Shown: in pieces, positions 62,941-64,000 of the stretch
How positions within the stretch are numbered: the first letter of the stretch is position 1
How the letters are laid out: the number at the start of each line of letters is the position of its first letter
Source: an uncultured Planctomycetales bacterium
Lineage (GTDB): Bacteria > Planctomycetota > Planctomycetia > Pirellulales > JAEUIK01
Direction of reading: 5' to 3'
Assembly (NCBI GenBank): GCA_938003525.1
Contig: CALKYM010000304.1
Span: 29,287-93,286 of the forward strand
Length of the DNA: 64,000 nt
The notes under the pieces: generated by a model
What the model saw: only the letters and a program-made list of their open reading frames with translations
Database searches by the model: none
What the model was told of the DNA's origin: nothing
Translations under genes and position numbers: made by a program

Positions 62941-64000
62941 TTACTTGCCGGCTGGCTCCTCGTGCATCTTCTTGAAGTTGATCAAACCCGGCGCCCACAT
63001 GTGCCGAACAGGGTCGACGTCGACGTGAATCACCGCCGGGCGGCCGCTTTGGATACACCGCTCGACCGCCGGCCGCAACTCGGCGACGGTGCCGACGCGC
63101 TCGCCGTGGCCTCCCATGCTCTCGGCCAGTTTGTCGAACCGGATTTCGTTCAGGTCGGCGTTGATCGTCTCGTCGGGCCCTAGCGACTTGCGAATCATGG
63201 TCTTAAAGGGCCGCAGGGTGAACTGCTGGTTCATCTTGACCATGCCCCACTGTTTGTCGCAGCAGACAAGATAGACGACGGGCAACTGGTTGCGGACGGC
63301 CGTTTCGATCTCCTGGGGATTGAAACCCATCGCGCCGTCGCCGATGACGCAATACACCTGCCGGTCCGGTCGCGCGACCTTGGCCCCCAGCGCCTGGGCC
63401 ACACCAGCGCCCAACATGCCAAACTTGAACGTCGAGAGCATCGTCAGCGGCGACCGGACTTCGTGATACAGGCTGGCCCAGACCGCCGTATTGCCTCCGT
63501 CGACGATGCAGTAAGCGTCGTCGTCGAACACCTCCTGACAGGTGACCGCGACGTGCGCTGCCGTGAGGGGACTTTGCGAATCGCCCAGGACTTTGTCCCA
63601 CTTTTGGCGTTGTGCCTGAGCGCGGGAACGATACTTCTCCATTCGCGCTGCACGGTCTGCCGTGTGATTGCTCCCGCTCTGCGACTGCACCGCGTCACAC
63701 AGTTGATCGAGAAACGGGCCGACGTCGCCGAGAATCGCGAGATCGACCGGCTTGTTAAGGCCGAGGACCTCTTCATCGATATCGACCTGAATGTGTTTTT
63801 GCCGTGCGGGCGGTCGCCAGTTCGGCGCTTTGCCCCACCAATCGGTTTCGCCAATCCGCGAGCCGAGCGTGAGCACTGCATCGGCCTCTTTGCGGACTTG
63901 ATTGTTCAGGTCGATATAGATCATGGGGACCGCCAGCGGGTTCGTCTCGACAATCGATCCGCGCCCTCCCCAACTCGTGCAGACCGGCGCGTGCAGCAAT
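62941..64000 (-). CDS. Thiamine-pyrophosphate-dependent enzyme (acetolactate-synthase-like family), C-terminal two thirds; gene continues beyond the right edge
   Basis: TPP-binding motif VIGDGAMGFNPQEIETAVRNQLPVVYLVCCDKQWG. Central-domain-like ADAVLTLGSRIGETDWWG. The frame is open to the window edge. Confidence 0.85.
   Translation of the reverse strand, partial: LLHAPVCTSWGGRGSIVETNPLAVPMIYIDLNNQVRKEADAVLTLGSRIGETDWWGKAPNWRPPARQKHIQVDIDEEVLGLNKPVDLAILGDVGPFLDQLCDAVQSQSGSNHTADRAARMEKYRSRAQAQRQKWDKVLGDSQSPLTAAHVAVTCQEVFDDDAYCIVDGGNTAVWASLYHEVRSPLTMLSTFKFGMLGAGVAQALGAKVARPDRQVYCVIGDGAMGFNPQEIETAVRNQLPVVYLVCCDKQWGMVKMNQQFTLRPFKTMIRKSLGPDETINADLNEIRFDKLAESMGGHGERVGTVAELRPAVERCIQSGRPAVIHVDVDPVRHMWAPGLINFKKMHEEPAGK

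Overview
High-GC chromosomal segment that reads like Planctomycetota (Pirellulales-type). Supporting content: a PSCyt1/DUF1549/DUF1553 protein, a sulfatase, a Tat-signal Gfo/Idh/MocA oxidoreductase, MORN-variant repeat proteins, and BatA-type double-TM VWA proteins with MoxR and DUF58. I call about 46 protein-coding genes. By eye I recognise no rRNA, tRNA, CRISPR array, transposase or prophage. The ORF track uses ATG/GTG/TTG starts and the longest possible ORF, so I moved several starts to better-supported internal ATGs. Many long 'ORFs' are high-GC shadow frames antisense to real genes.

Most interesting signals:
1. An in-frame TGA at 30503-30505 splits a single iodothyronine-deiodinase-family thioredoxin-fold gene (30248..30910) into two track ORFs. 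The TGA sits exactly at the catalytic Sec position of the FGS-x-T-U-PPF motif, and a perfect SECIS-like hairpin follows it. This is a missed exported selenoprotein.
2. A secreted three-domain protein (redoxin, heme-c CxxCH, and a PHM/DBH-like copper monooxygenase core that keeps every Cu ligand).
3. A GlpA-like glycerol-3-phosphate dehydrogenase followed by an alkyl-DHAP-synthase (AGPS) homologue next to a lipid kinase, a candidate ether-lipid module.
4. Two paralogous membrane metallophosphoesterases, one downstream of an orphan histidine kinase and one downstream of an orphan REC-PAS-GAF-REC protein.
5. A YrdC-like domain with a degenerate catalytic tetrad fused to a YwlE-type phosphatase, upstream of rpiB.
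6. Several unusual fusions: alpha/beta-hydrolase with nitrilase, BNR sialidase with FG-GAP, and a coiled-coil protein carrying a DnaJ-type zinc knuckle.

All functional calls rest on motifs read from the translations and on remembered family signatures. No database search was run.
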